The position numbers were made by a program, and so were the translations under genes. From assembly GCA_024704765.1 (NCBI GenBank), contig JAKMXF010000222.1, positions 310,001-374,000 of the forward strand: 64,000 nucleotides of DNA, given 5' to 3'. Below, one piece after another: positions 38,401 to 51,378 of this stretch. The stretch's first letter is position 1, and every line of letters starts with the position of its first letter. The notes below the pieces were generated by a model. The model saw only the letters and a program-made list of their open reading frames with translations. It was not told the DNA's origin and made no database searches. The DNA comes from Oopsacas minuta. Taxonomy: Eukaryota; Animalia; Porifera.

Positions 38401-41400
38401 TATTATATTGCGGTTTTTAATATAGCTTTAGTGGTAAACTGATTTGTGTGTACCTCATTGTATAATATTTCTGGGGAAAATGTTTAAAACACAAAGATTA
38501 GAACTTTCATTTAATTATTTATTATTAGAATATTCATTAGTAATCAGGATCTCACAGGTCAATTAATTTTATTTAGTCTACTTTCTGATGTATTCCATCC
38601 AAATCTGTAAATCCAGCTGGTCATTCAACGTGGTAAATTGATCAATTATGGATATTTTATGCGGAAAATCATTCGTTCGCACTCAAGGAAATTTCCTAAA
38701 AACCCTGACGTCACTTAATGTCTAAGTTTTGTTAACTTCTGCTACGACCTATTGGGCTAGTACACAAACTAATTTATGATCTGAATTATCCGCACCGAAA
38801 GAAAAGTCAAAATACAAATAAATAGCGAATGCATCAAATGAATGAAATATTACCAATTTGACTTTCTTTTGATTTGTTTGGTGTATTGGCATTTGAATCT
38901 CTTTTCTATATAAATCAAACAGAAAATAACAAATAAGAGATTTTGAATTTCTTACTTTTTGTGAAGGCTCTTTATCTCTAATAGGAATTCCATTACAGTA
39001 TGATATGTTATTCTGACATTTCCTGTGTAGACGCATGTAACAGATTTCACATTTCATTTCACTCTTAATTACGCCTGCAAAAATTATGAAAATCTTTCAA
39101 AAAATTGATTAAAATAACTGACATTTGACTTACTGAGTTGTTCATTGCAATAATCACATTTTTTAAATTTCTTATAATTAAAAGAAATAAGTAGATGGAG
39201 TCTCTCTATCGGTTCTGTTTGATTTGAAATTGGTAGAGAAGCTGTTTTAGAGTTAGATTGAGGTGAATCAAGAGCCTCAAATAAACTAGCCTAAAATTAA
39301 AGACAAATTAAAGATACAGTAAGTGGAATTCGATAGATAATCCTTGAAATTCTGAATTGTAACAAACCTTTCCATCTAAAGTTTCTAAATTACATTCTGA
39401 GAACATAACCTCTATCTTTTTCGTTAGCATTGCTCCCTCTATATCAGCTTTATTACCATACTCAGGTGACTGATCATACTGCTTGTATAGATCTCTAATT
39501 GAGTTGTATTCTTTGGTTAGATTTGATATTTGTCTGTTTAGGGATAATTTCTAAAAGAATAATATAAACTTAATATAATCGATAAAAACATAGGAACATT
39601 ATAGAATCTTATAATTCTGTTTGAGCAATGCAAATCTAACAAACTCTATTAATGAGAGTGTCTGTACATACATACAATTAAGCATACTTTAAGATTTCAC
39701 CAGGGAAGATCCATTGGGAGGCTAAGAGGGCTGAAGACCCCCCTCCCCTGTATAAAGAAATTACCGAAGACACCCATAAAGTGCTCTCTCCCCTCCCTTT
39801 GGAACAATCCTGAATCCGCCCCTGCCCTATCTGGCTGTCATAGTCAGGTTTAACTACCATATCCTCTCTACTATATGAAATACCAGTTTACCTTTTGTCT
39901 AACTTCACTACTTCTGTGTGTTAGAGCTTGTTGTGTTTGTCTTGAAATAATTAAGTTATCTGTCATTACACTCTAGAATTACAATTAGTTAATACAAAAC
40001 TACCGAAAACAGCTGATTGAATAATTCACTGACCTCTCCTGGATTTAGATTCATATCTGGATCTTGAAACACGAATCTGATAGGTTCAGGTATTTTCGAA
40101 GAATTCTGTAGTTTAACAAAATGCGAAATATCTCGCGAGAAGCTAACATTACACAAAACATCAGAAAGTGTGTCAAATCTACCAACAATTTTCTTCAACT
40201 ACGAACAACAGTATAAATAGAGGAGAATTGAAATAATTCCTTATATGGAAATTACCAACAACTGACCCTGTTTAAAAATTAACTAACCATATGATTGCTC
40301 TGAGAAATATAATAATTGAGAGAAGATTTGAATTCATTGCTCAAAGTATGTAACAGTTCTTCCACACACTATATTAGATAGAAAAAATTGAAAAGCAGGC
40401 CAAATAGATAACTATGTGAATATCAAAATCAGCTGTTTCGACTGAACCAAATTTCCCCATTTTGTTGGTAATATAATTTATCTATAATATTACGTCTAAT
40501 AGCGATATTAAATGAGTTTTGTGATAAGAGTAACTGAAGGCGTTTGAAGCTCCAAGTTGTAGGACATAGTCATTATGTGAGTTGTGACATTGAAGAGTTA
40601 AAGATTCCTAAACAAACAATTTGTTAAATATTATGACGTATATGATAAATCATTTGATATATACCTTTAATGCTGGTTTAACATTTGGTGAATTAACTTT
40701 AGTATGATTCTCTGCATATTCTTTGTAAAGCTATGAGGATTGGTATTACATGATTGTTATATTAATTCATTAGTAAGAGTGTATGTACCTTTTGATTCTC
40801 TTCTTTTTGTCTGTTTAAATCGAATGCGAACTCTTCTCTAGCTTGAAAGGTCTACGAATAAATTGTAGTAAAGGAGTAATCGACCTGAACAAGCCTAGCC
40901 GGAATGGAGCATTTATCAGGTTTATGTAATTCTAATATTTCAAAGGTTATAATTCTAAAAAATATATTATTACCACTACATATATACAGTGGAACCCCGG
41001 AAATACGGTCATCCACGGGACCGAGAAAAATGGCCATAATTGTGAAACTTGTTAATGTATATAGTATATTAAACGGGACTTTAAACAGTGGCCGGTATAT
41101 CGAGGTGGCCGCTATTCTGGGGTGGCCGTTAAGCGGGGTTCCACTGTATGTGCAATTGCTAGAAAAATGTTAATTCCAATAAGACAAATATTCAAATAAT
41201 GAGTATAAAGTCAAGCTAGTCGATAGAATTCGTAATATACTAAAAAATATTATAAATTCTTTTCGAGCTAGAATTAATATATTTGCCTTTTTGAGTAGCT
41301 CTTTCTTTTGAGAAGCAATAGCCCTTAGAGGTAATGAAATACGTTCTCTGAGTGTTTGTGAGAATTCCTGATAAGCTAATGATTGTTGTTCTACTTCTCC

Positions 41401-42584
41401 AACCATTGATTCCCAATAACTGAAAAGAGATCCAGCACAAAAATATCTATTTACAAATGTGCAGAAAATAACATTGTTCATAGCCTAAACAAGGTACAGT
41501 CAACTCCTATTTTATAGAACAGAGTTATATCGTAATCTGAAATTGTATAAATATGATCCCAAACGAAGGTTGCAACCGAATATCAGTATTCGGTATTCGG
41601 TTGATGTAACCGAATATTATCAGTAGTATTCGGTTAAGCAACTATTCATGAATACTGATATTCAGTTTGATTGGTTTCAACCTTGTCCCAAACCAAAGTA
41701 CAAATTCAAAGTAACATATCGTCGGTGATATCGAACTCCGCTTAAGTATAAGTAATTATCGCGGTCTCTTGGGCTTCAATATAACGGGAACAACAATTCA
41801 AATTCTAACTTACCTTTCTCTCTTTAAATCATTGTTCTTTGAAATATATTGTTTCACAAGGCCATGTAAGCTCCTTGAATAGTTCTCATTTAGTTCTGAT
41901 AATTTCTTGAAAAAATCACTCACTAATAATACATATTTTCAATTCAAATTTTAGCAAATAAATAGTTATGCAAAAAGGTTAGCTAAGAAAGATAACTTTT
42001 ACTAATAATTATAACAATTCAATATTAACAAGGATTAGTTAAGACTGTTAAGTGATTATAATTCTCAAGATGAGGTTGTGAAAATTATAAGCGGAAACTC
42101 TCATCCACTGTGAAATCTCCACATATGGGGAAGTTCTGGACACGGAGCGAATTCCTAGTCCCATACAAATCCCTAAACAGGGAAACGGAGTAGCCCAGTT
42201 AAAATCAGCATTCGTACAATTGTACCAGTTCCCCTCACTAACTATAACTCTAAATATATTGAATTTATTACCTGATTCAGCAAATTTTATCGCCAACGAA
42301 GCATGCCCTCTTGTATTATCTATTAGATGTGGTATATCTCTCAAATTTTGCATACCAACTTCATCTTCAAGAATAGAAATTGGTCTGTTGAACTTAGTAG
42401 AACGAGAGAACATTGATTCTGACCTCACACGACCAGAATGCCCCGATAAACTATTAGAATATGAACCGCTGAGACTCATACATTTCGGTAATTTCGGCAG
42501 AGGCGGTGCAGTATCTGAACCTTCATCAGTTATGACCTCATCTATTTTAGCGTATATTTCTCCATCCTCAGGTGTTGTAGTCAT
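35439..42584 (-). CDS. F-BAR-HR1-C1-SH3-SH3 protein (FCHSD/Bzz1-like), >=765 aa, terminal exon not located
   Basis: 20 phase-consistent exons: 42584-42272, 41922-41814, 41446-41287, 40851-40789, 40730-40665, 40607-40494, 40368-40288, 40198-40034, 39972-39892, 39550-39368, 39290-39134, 39074-38956, 38905-38854, 37109-36894, 36592-36546, 36492-36422, 36342-36291, 36229-36182, 36108-36022, 35549-35439. HNDYVLQLGASNA (F-BAR), H..CDYC..CEIC..HRKC..C (C1), LFDYAA..DWW..GFVPYNY and ALYDF..GW..GIFPAAYV (two SH3). Confidence 0.85.
37508..38347 (+). CDS. ING3: Inhibitor of growth protein 3, intronless, nested antisense in the F-BAR gene
   Basis: [18 protein letters not shown] (ING3-type coiled coil) and PHD [36 protein letters not shown]...WYCPLC. 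Confidence 0.9.
   Translation: [279 protein letters not shown]
40987..41146. mobile_element. Tc1/mariner-like MITE
   Basis: Perfect 13-bp TIR CAGTGGAACCCCG / CGGGGTTCCACTG with TA on both flanks. Confidence 0.85.
41565..41685. mobile_element. hAT-like MITE, copy 1
   Basis: Ends (G)AAGGTTGCAACC / GGTTTCAACCTTG, exact 8-bp TSD TCCCAAAC, internal AACCGAATA..CAGTATTCGGTT palindromic repeats. Confidence 0.8.
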
Positions 42585-44290
42585 TGATATTAGAAGCTAA
42601 TAATATTTTTAGATATTAGAATTGCATTAATTATAAATACATAATTCTAAAAGATTCCATATGAATACATGTGTAATTGTTAATTTTGAGTTTCTATAAT
42701 TCTATTAGTTGTGCATGGATATATATTCTCATTATTTTCTCACAATTGCTCATATATTCTTATTGAAATCAACGAACTATAAAGCTGCATTTTATGGAGT
42801 AATCAAAGTTGGTCCGGTTGAACTTGACCAACCAGACCGTCCAGTCACCTACGACCACGATCATCCGAACTCGTTTTCAACGTAAATCATTCAGGTAATG
42901 CATTGCAATCCGAGAATAACATATCAACGTCAGCGTTTCAGATTCGTAGACTTGTCTATACTCAGACGTAATTATCTAAACTTCTAAAGTACATAAATGG
43001 AATAACAATGTAACAGATACAGAATTTAAGTAATTACGTAGTTTCAAACAACGTATATATCATATCAATGGAAATTTATACAAGTCAAACTGTAATATTA
43101 TTCAATTCCAAATTATGTGAAAGACGCTTCGTTAATATATTCAATGTTCTACCTCATAATACATATTAGTGGATGCTGTATTGAATTATTAATAGAGTAT
43201 TATGATTTGTGTAATATCTCTCAATGACTTGAATTGAAAGAATAATTAGCATTTATGAAATTGTGTAATAAATTTGCGGAAATCATTTTTGCACAAAATA
43301 GATTGTAAGCAAATTCATATTCAATATTTGAATAAGTTTTGTAATCAAATTCTCTTTAGCTACAGGTATACTGTTTTTAAAGCAATTTGGAGTTCTACAA
43401 GAGTATAAGCAATTCAGATGCTTTTAAGTAATATCACAAACAGTATAACTCGTATAAGACATACCTCTACGGGAAAGAAAAATTAGTACATACTTTCCGC
43501 GGTAGTTTTATACGATTATAGAGATTATATTAAACTCAATGGGAACTAATTTATTAGTTTGAAAGAAGTACAGTTGTACCTCTATAAGTGGGGGCTTTGA
43601 TTCAAAATGTATAGCCACTTCCTCCAACTATTATAATATATGCCCTAAGGTTGGTGGTTGAAAATAACAATTGTAACAAATTCTCTTATGAGAAACCCAA
43701 AAAGTTCAATTCATCAAAGCGATAAATACGTGGTTTTTCCAAATTTAGTGCAACACTGATTATTTAAAAGAAATTCATCGTAGAATTCCCCAATTATAGA
43801 TGAAATTTCAATGGTGTGAGGCATAAGTATCTCTAAAGTATGCCCATTCCCCACTCCCTGCGTATAGAGACCCCTTTTATAGAGATTGCACTGTAGTACA
43901 TATTTAATCGAGCGTACGTCCTATCCGAGTTCTATTACAATAACTTACATTAAATCAATTTTTGCATGGATAAACGGTGTCCCAATTAGCGGTGTCGATA
44001 GTATATTTTTGGTTGTTCAGTGTGCAATCGAAAAGTCGTGGATATTTAGTCATATATTCTCTGATAATATTTGTCTATCCACATACGTATCATCAGTTTA
44101 ATCATCCGATTTATACATTAAATAAAATTTTGCATGAATAGAAATACCAATTATACCAATCATATTACATTAAAAGAACAAACTTATTAAAATTATCATA
44201 TGAAACAGAACAACTTGATAATTCCGCTACAAAACTAAGGGGTTGTGTTAAAAATATATCTGTCAATAGAAGGATAGAATTCTGTTTGTT

Positions 44291-47200
44291 TCATTGTTTG
44301 TAAATTTCATCAACATTATCAATTAGAATCTTTAGCATTAGGTTAGCGTTCCCTGCGTTAACTGATGGGAATATACTCAGACCGCATGATGTAGCTATTG
44401 CGCCGGTACACATCTTGTTTTCCTTTTCATGTTCCGAAACCTATACAAATGTAAAATATATAAATTCCATACTCGTTGTAAGAGGAATTCAGAATTTTAT
44501 TTTGAGTTTTGAATTTTCAAAATTATTATATTTTAATGTGTTTACCTCTTTAAATAAGTATAGAACTTCTTTCATTATAAACTGTTGTTCAGGAGCTATT
44601 CTCTCAATCACAGAAGATATTTCTTCAATCTAAAATATACAAAATAAATATCAACAAAAAATCAAATTTTGCGACTGATATGGATATGTCCTGCCTATCT
44701 AAACAGTTTTTTCGCGAGGATTTAATTGCCATTTAACCATATAATTTCATATGTACAATAGATTCGCACTGATTAGCTGTTGTCAATACCCTATTTTATA
44801 ACTTACATTCTTTTGCCTCACAGCTGTATACATATCACATGCTTCTCTCTTGGGTAATAATCCACAGTTTTCTTTAATGTGCTGTTTCAGTAGAGTAGAA
44901 ATATTGTTAGGGTCAAGTTCTTCATTAAGATCAGGCTTCATGGCTAAAAATTATATAAATAATAAAGTACTAATAAACACTGTATTTTTTCTATTTTTGC
45001 AAACACACAAATATATTCATGGACAATAGTATTCAGGGTTCCAGAAAAATGCAGGTTTTTTGGGCACAAGGATTATAGCATTATGGGCATTGCTAAAATA
45101 CCGTCAAACTTGTCTATAACGGCTAGTGAAGGGACTATCCAAAAGTGACCGCTAAGCAGTTTCCACTGTCTATTGAGACTGTTATGGAAAATAGTGCATC
45201 GCGGAAAATTCAAATTATACAACTCACAATAATCAAATTGTTTGTGATACAGCTTGACTTGGTTCAAATCTCCTGGAATACGGAATATACCTTCTTCTCT
45301 GAGAGATATTGATTTCTTTAAATAAGCTACACATTCTGCCACTAAAACTGTATTCAAACCGATAATCTTATTAACACCAGTTGTTCCTAAATAATGAAAA
45401 AATTAAATACATTTTACATCACAAAATAATACGAATATTTTAATAAAACATACTTAGTTTATTGCAGTTCTTATCAGGCTTGGACCTTCGTGAATCAACA
45501 TTTAAATGGCCACGTATAGCACCAATTATAGAATTCCTTATACTCTTTAAGTTATCCATTTAGAAACTTGAATTTTTTGTATTTATAATATTATTCTCTA
45601 GATTTACTCTATTTATACTAATTCATGCTATGCGGATTATAATGCATAATTATATAAAGCTTGAGTTAATATTGAAAATAAATAAATTTCAATACTAACA
45701 TTATCCAATATGAGCTAATATTTCTATTGAATTGAATATAATTATTTTTAATAGTAAACACAGTTAATGCACATATATTAAGTAATTTGCTATTCGCTAT
45801 CTTTACCAATAACTGACAGATATGTAAATATCATATCAGGTAATACGTCAACCAAAATATGCTTTTACAAGCATTAAAAACTTAACACAATCTAACCAAA
45901 TTAAAGTATTTTTAAGAGTGGAAAAGATACGTCAGATCTGGAGAAATATTAGCAGCTATTTATACAGAGTCTACAGTGGAACATAGTTAATACGAATTTC
46001 TGGATAAGAGGAACAAATATTTACACCCATCATGCCCCCGCAATGGTTATTCAATTGGTATTACTCCGATTAATACAATCCCCGTATAAAGCGAACAAAG
46101 TTTCGCCGTCCTCTGGTCTTCGTATTAACCACTGTATTTGTAAACCTACTAAAGCACATACGTATGCCGAAAATGCCTGAATCAACAATTCATGAAGTGG
46201 ACAGTTTACAATAATGTATGTATATTTAATTTTTTGACTCTATATGGTAAGAATGCATCATTGAAAGTAGAATAGAGCTAATCACAAATAATACATACGG
46301 GGTCCTATTATATATTTTGATTTGTAGCCAATTCCTAAGTAATAATCAAATGAAAAATTCCGATAATAATTCCAAAGAAGCTTAAATGATATTATTTGAG
46401 GAAAAGTCTAAGAATTTTAAGTAACTTGTTTCATTTGTTATAAACGGAAAATAATTATTCTGCGTATATTGATAATTTGTAATCGTTTTGGAGGTAAGTA
46501 CGTATTCTACTGTAAGATATTGAACAATATTTTAAAATAATTTTCTGCTAGATAACTCTATTTAACGTAATTAATAGAATAATTAAAATCTAACTCCATA
46601 AAGGAAAATGAATATACAATTAAAATGTATTCCTGCAAAAGTCAACCTCAAACAATGTAATATTACACAAATTATTGTAAGTGTTTCATCAAAATATGTG
46701 AGTTATTGAATCAAAAAATGTAAGCAGATTTATCGATAGTAGCCAGTTTATCAACTTTCCAAAAGTAATAATCACATTTTCCAAAACAAATTTGAAAATA
46801 AGCAAAATATATTTTTGTAACTGTCCCAGATTTGTCATAATTTACACAATTTATATTGGGACTAGAAAACTTACAGATGGCCAGTTAGTTAGTACCAAGG
46901 TCGCAACCGAATATTATCAGTAGTATTCGGTTGATTTAACCGATCATTATCAGTATTCAGTTGAGCAAACCGAATAATATCAGTATTCGGTTAGGCTACT
47001 ATTCATGAATACTGATATTCGGCTTGAGCGGTTTCAACCTTGGTTAGTACCTTGTAGAAGTATACGATACTTTAACCTATAATCTATCTAATAGATGAGT
47101 CACAAAGTTGTCAAAAGGTGAGATATTCAAATTCTGTAACTCAAGAAGTATTTAAAACGGTAGACGCCACGCATGGTCACTCTGATCTCGGGGTCAGGAC

Positions 47201-50200
47201 ATTTTGACTCGAATAAGTGGGATTATAGTGATGGTTCGATTAACTGGAGCTATGCGAGGTTGTATATATGGTTTGTATCAGACATGAGGTCAAATACATA
47301 TGTGTTTGTATTCGAGAGTATTGAAATATTTTTTTTCAAGTATTGTATTGTACTTGAGAGTTTCACAAGTATTTGTGCTTGTAATTAAATAATTTTTAAG
47401 GCATTAGACCTCATGTCTGGTTTGTATATTTGTATTTCACGCTAGTGGCAGTCCCAGGCAATGAAAAATCCCGGCCTGGCCCGAAGTATGCCAAATCCTG
47501 GTACTGACCCTGTTTCGCCCTATAGTATTAATAATATATACTTACCTAGTACTGGGCTAGAAATAGAAGGTGTAGTATCTTCTCCACCACGATTCTTTCT
47601 AAATCTTTTACTCATTTTGTGTAATATCCCACTTTCTGATGTAGTACCACCTACAGATGTTTGTTGTTCATATAGAATATATATTCACACTTTGTTGATA
47701 AAATAAACAATAAAAGAACATTCACGACGGTGATGTGAATCGATCAGTGAAGTAAATGTTGGTAGCATATGTACGGGCACATAATAGGAATGATGGTAGT
47801 TGTATAGTAAAGCAAACCGAAAAAGAAACCCATTGCAATCGATTACAACATTTCCTGAAATCATAGCCGTAATGATAATCAACTGTACAACACAAACCAA
47901 TAAAACAACATACGTACCAGTCTTTTTTAATGGTTTACTATCAGTATAGACAACTTCAACAGATTTAGTCTGCTCAACAGAATTAAGCTTAACATTCAGG
48001 TCCATATTATGAGACTGAGATCTACCTCTATAAGCAGCTGGTTTAGGTGGGATAGGACGAGCTCCGTGACTAGATATCGTCAACGTTTTAGGATTTCTAT
48101 TACCAATCTGATTCTTGTGATCAGCTGATAAATTTGTCCCATATTCATTCAATGACATAACACTTCGTTTTCCACTAACCTCGCTTACAGCAGGACTGAG
48201 AATTGAATAATTTTGGTCATTTTTATCATCAGAGGCGGATGTTTTAGATGACGTCATTCTACGAGGTGGTTTCTTAGGTGGGGCGTCCGTATAATTCATG
48301 ACGTCATTGTTATTAGATGTTTTGGTATCAAGTGGAGGCAATGAATTTGTTCGTATAAATTTTGATTTCAAATTAATAGCTGCAAAAGGCATAGTAGGAC
48401 TGTCTCTAGAGTTTTCAAATTCGTCTACGTTTAACATAGTATAACCTTCATCGTTAATGATGTAGTCTGTTTTATCGTTTGGAGGAGAACCTGATCGTTT
48501 TACGACCAGGGGAGAGAATGCGGGGAAATCCTCTGGGCTAGTTTCTGCGGAGACAGGGGTTAATAGGGTGTAGTCACCTATAGAGGGGGATTTAGTTGGA
48601 GAAGATTGTTTATCGGTTAAGTTACGCGGGAGAGTTAAGCTATAAGAGGGAGGGGGAGGTGGGAGACGTGAGGGGTGTTTAGAAACAGGAGCCATCGAGG
48701 GAAGCAAGGGTACACACTTCTTATTTTGAGGAGGTACTGATATAGGTGGTATAACAGGGGTAGATTTTATTGGCGGTTTAAGGGGAGGTTTGTAAGGTTG
48801 TTGTTTGGTAGGTTTAGGATTTATAGGGGGCGGAGTTCTCACTGGTTGTTGAGGGGATATCGTGTTTATGTTGGTTTGTGGGAAAGTTGGTGATATCCGT
48901 TTGTTGTTGTCAGCTGTTTGATGTGTATCTATGTTGTTGATATCTGGAGGTGATTGTTTCCTCGTGTTGATATTAGTTTGAATTGTATTTGTGAGGGGCG
49001 ACTTCTTGAATGGTATTGGCATACTAGGTTTAGATGTTGGTTTAAGTGGTAGTGACTGACTAACTAAGAGACCTGATGATTTCTCTGGAGCTATAAATAG
49101 AGACAAAAATATAAATTGGGATGCTAATACGTACTACAGATTTTGTAGAACTCGGGTAATACGTATTTCTTCATTTAACCAAAAAATTAGTTCAAATTCA
49201 TTTTAATTCAATCTATTCTCGGATATGACGTGCATTCGGATAGTACATATTAGTTTTAGCTTCCAAAAGGTGTAAGTCTTATCAGAGTTATTGTAATTAA
49301 ATATCAGCTCAGCTGACTGTTATGACAATACGATGGGAAACTATTTATTCACTTAAAGGCAGTTTAATTCTGTAGGTAAGATGTACACCCTCGGGAAACA
49401 AAATGAGTTCTTCCTGTATAATTAGTACGAGAATAGCTAATCCGTATTGGAGAAGTACGTACTAACTGAGAGTATATATTAACCAAGTTCTATTGTTTAA
49501 TGTATTTTAACTCACTATCTTTTGGTTTCCTAAAAGACTGTGCAGGAGTCTTCCTAGCTGTATTATTAACTCCTTTAGCATCTTCTTGATTATCTATCTT
49601 AGGAATAATAGGAAAATTCTGATCGATTCTAATTTGAGGTTTTGAGTTTGTTGATCTAGAACGACGAATTTGTACTCCGTTTTGAGGATGAGATGTCATT
49701 TCGTTATCTTTTATCTTGTATGGAGGAGGTTTGGCTGGAGGAGGTGCACGGACCTTCTTTATTGGACCAGTATTATGACGCATTAATTTAGATCCAGGCT
49801 AGAAGAATAATACAACAGGTAAAACATTTTCTAAGACTTAGAAGACAGTAAATATGCCGATTTTCCAAAATATTCGCTTATGCACAAGCCAAGCGGATCT
49901 TTATAAATAAATTCGAAGTACAATTTATCGATACTCAAAAAACGTGAATTCTAGCTTAAGTTGTTTAATACGTATTATACCGTCAATCTACAATTTTTAG
50001 TGACGTAACTTCTATTAGTCAGATTTCTGCAATAAATATTTTGCATCAAAACAGTAGTTCTCGAATTGTAATGAGAAATATCACCAAAGTGGCCAAGTTA
50101 TATAATAATTGAAAATAATGTGACTTATACAAGTATAACAATGCCAAAATCTCCTATTTCGAGGTTAACCTACACGTATAATACGTATTATACAACTTAG

Positions 50201-51378
50201 AATTCTAGCAATTAAACCAACTATAGTAAGCGTGGTTTATTGTTTGTATGTCCAGAATTGATGAAGTATATACAGATGCCGGGTATAAGAACCCTAACTT
50301 GATTTACCGAATCTTTTGTATTCACTCCATGGAATTTAAAGCTCGAGGATATGTCAGCGACCTGGGCAAGCGAAGCGCGCTAGTTTAACTGATCTTAACA
50401 TCCTGAGGGCCAAGTCCCGCGAAATTTCATGCCTCTTTCCGCCATATTTTTGGATATTTAACGTTTGATTAGACTATTAATAACCTCCCTTATTATTCCT
50501 ATAATATAGTCTGAATATCACTAAAATTACGCATTTATTAGTGACAGAATTAGTGCAATATTAATTAGTATAACACTTTATATAGGATACATTGAAATTA
50601 CGTATATTAATTGGTAACAACACCAAATACGTCTTGTGATTAACACAAAAGTGTTAATTGGTACTTAATAGAATATGTCAACTATACGCGAAGTGGCAAT
50701 TATTCGGATATATTGTAACAAATATTTATATTCCTTTCTATGTCATGACTACATATTCAGAGATTTACAATCAATCTAGATGAGGTATCTATGGGTGTGA
50801 TTATAACCAGGGATGACAACTTTGGAAACTCGGAAGACTCAAATGTATGCCATTTTTTGAATTTTCAGGAATAGAATGATACATATCTTGTCAAACAGCA
50901 CAGTGGTGTCCGCATAGCAATTCGCCTAATGGCTTTATATACGTATATTATCTTGACACAGTGAAAAGTATATCATTTGAGCTGAGTGTCTATGCCAGCC
51001 AAACAATTCTTATAACCACGATGCATAGGTGCTCAATATCGCGAGGCGAAAATACCAAATAAATAAACTTACCATCGGCGTTGGTGAACCGTTAATTTCA
51101 GACGAGATCTCAGAAAGAACATTCTCAGCTGATACAAACAAATTCCTAGAAGAGAGAAGTGAAGATTCTATCTCATCTGCTGATAACAATGTAGCGTACA
51201 AATTTGAATCTGAATTACTTAATTCAGGGTGGGTATCAGCTATGTCTGGTATCTCAAATTCTATTTTATTCGATGATATCTTCTCCAACTTATTCTTTGT
51301 TTTGTTAGTAATATTCACTTGGGCATAGAGATTTGATATATCTTTTCCAACAACAACTTGGATATCTGTTTCACTCAT
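44291..51378 (-). CDS. Proline/tyrosine-motif-rich RhoGAP protein (~798 aa model)
   Basis: Exons 51378-51073, 49798-49516, 49090-47918, 47650-47546, 45386-45228, 44943-44807, 44629-44546, 44440-44291, phase-consistent. GAP motifs EEGIFRIPG (Arg finger), STLLKQ, NKM..AIATSCG. The GAP exons are secure; their link to the Pro-rich exons is inferred from phase only. Confidence 0.7.
45974..46134. mobile_element. Tc1/mariner-like MITE
   Basis: CAGTGG...TTAATACG / CGTATTAACCACTG inverted ends with TA flanks. Confidence 0.65.
46896..47042. mobile_element. hAT-like MITE, copy 2
   Basis: TIR CAAGGTCGCAACC / GGTTTCAACCTTG, exact 8-bp TSD GTTAGTAC. Homologous to 41565-41685. Confidence 0.85.

Noticed and set aside
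39590-39665. Candidate extra F-BAR exon after a CAG acceptor
   Set aside because: Hits an in-frame stop, and the flanking exons join in phase without it.
42585-44290. Read-through fusion of RhoGAP and F-BAR genes into an srGAP/GMIP-like protein
   Set aside because: The RhoGAP has a clear stop at 44293-44291, the F-BAR gene has its own ATG exon, and the domain order is the reverse of those families.
47170-47240. GGTTCGA T-loop-like motif suggesting a tRNA
   Set aside because: No acceptor stem, D-arm or anticodon arm can be formed.
47685-47917. Apparent transmembrane tail on the 473-aa Pro-rich ORF
   Set aside because: It follows a good donor (G|GTACGT at 47918/47917) and is AT-rich intron read-through. 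The next exon fits in phase.
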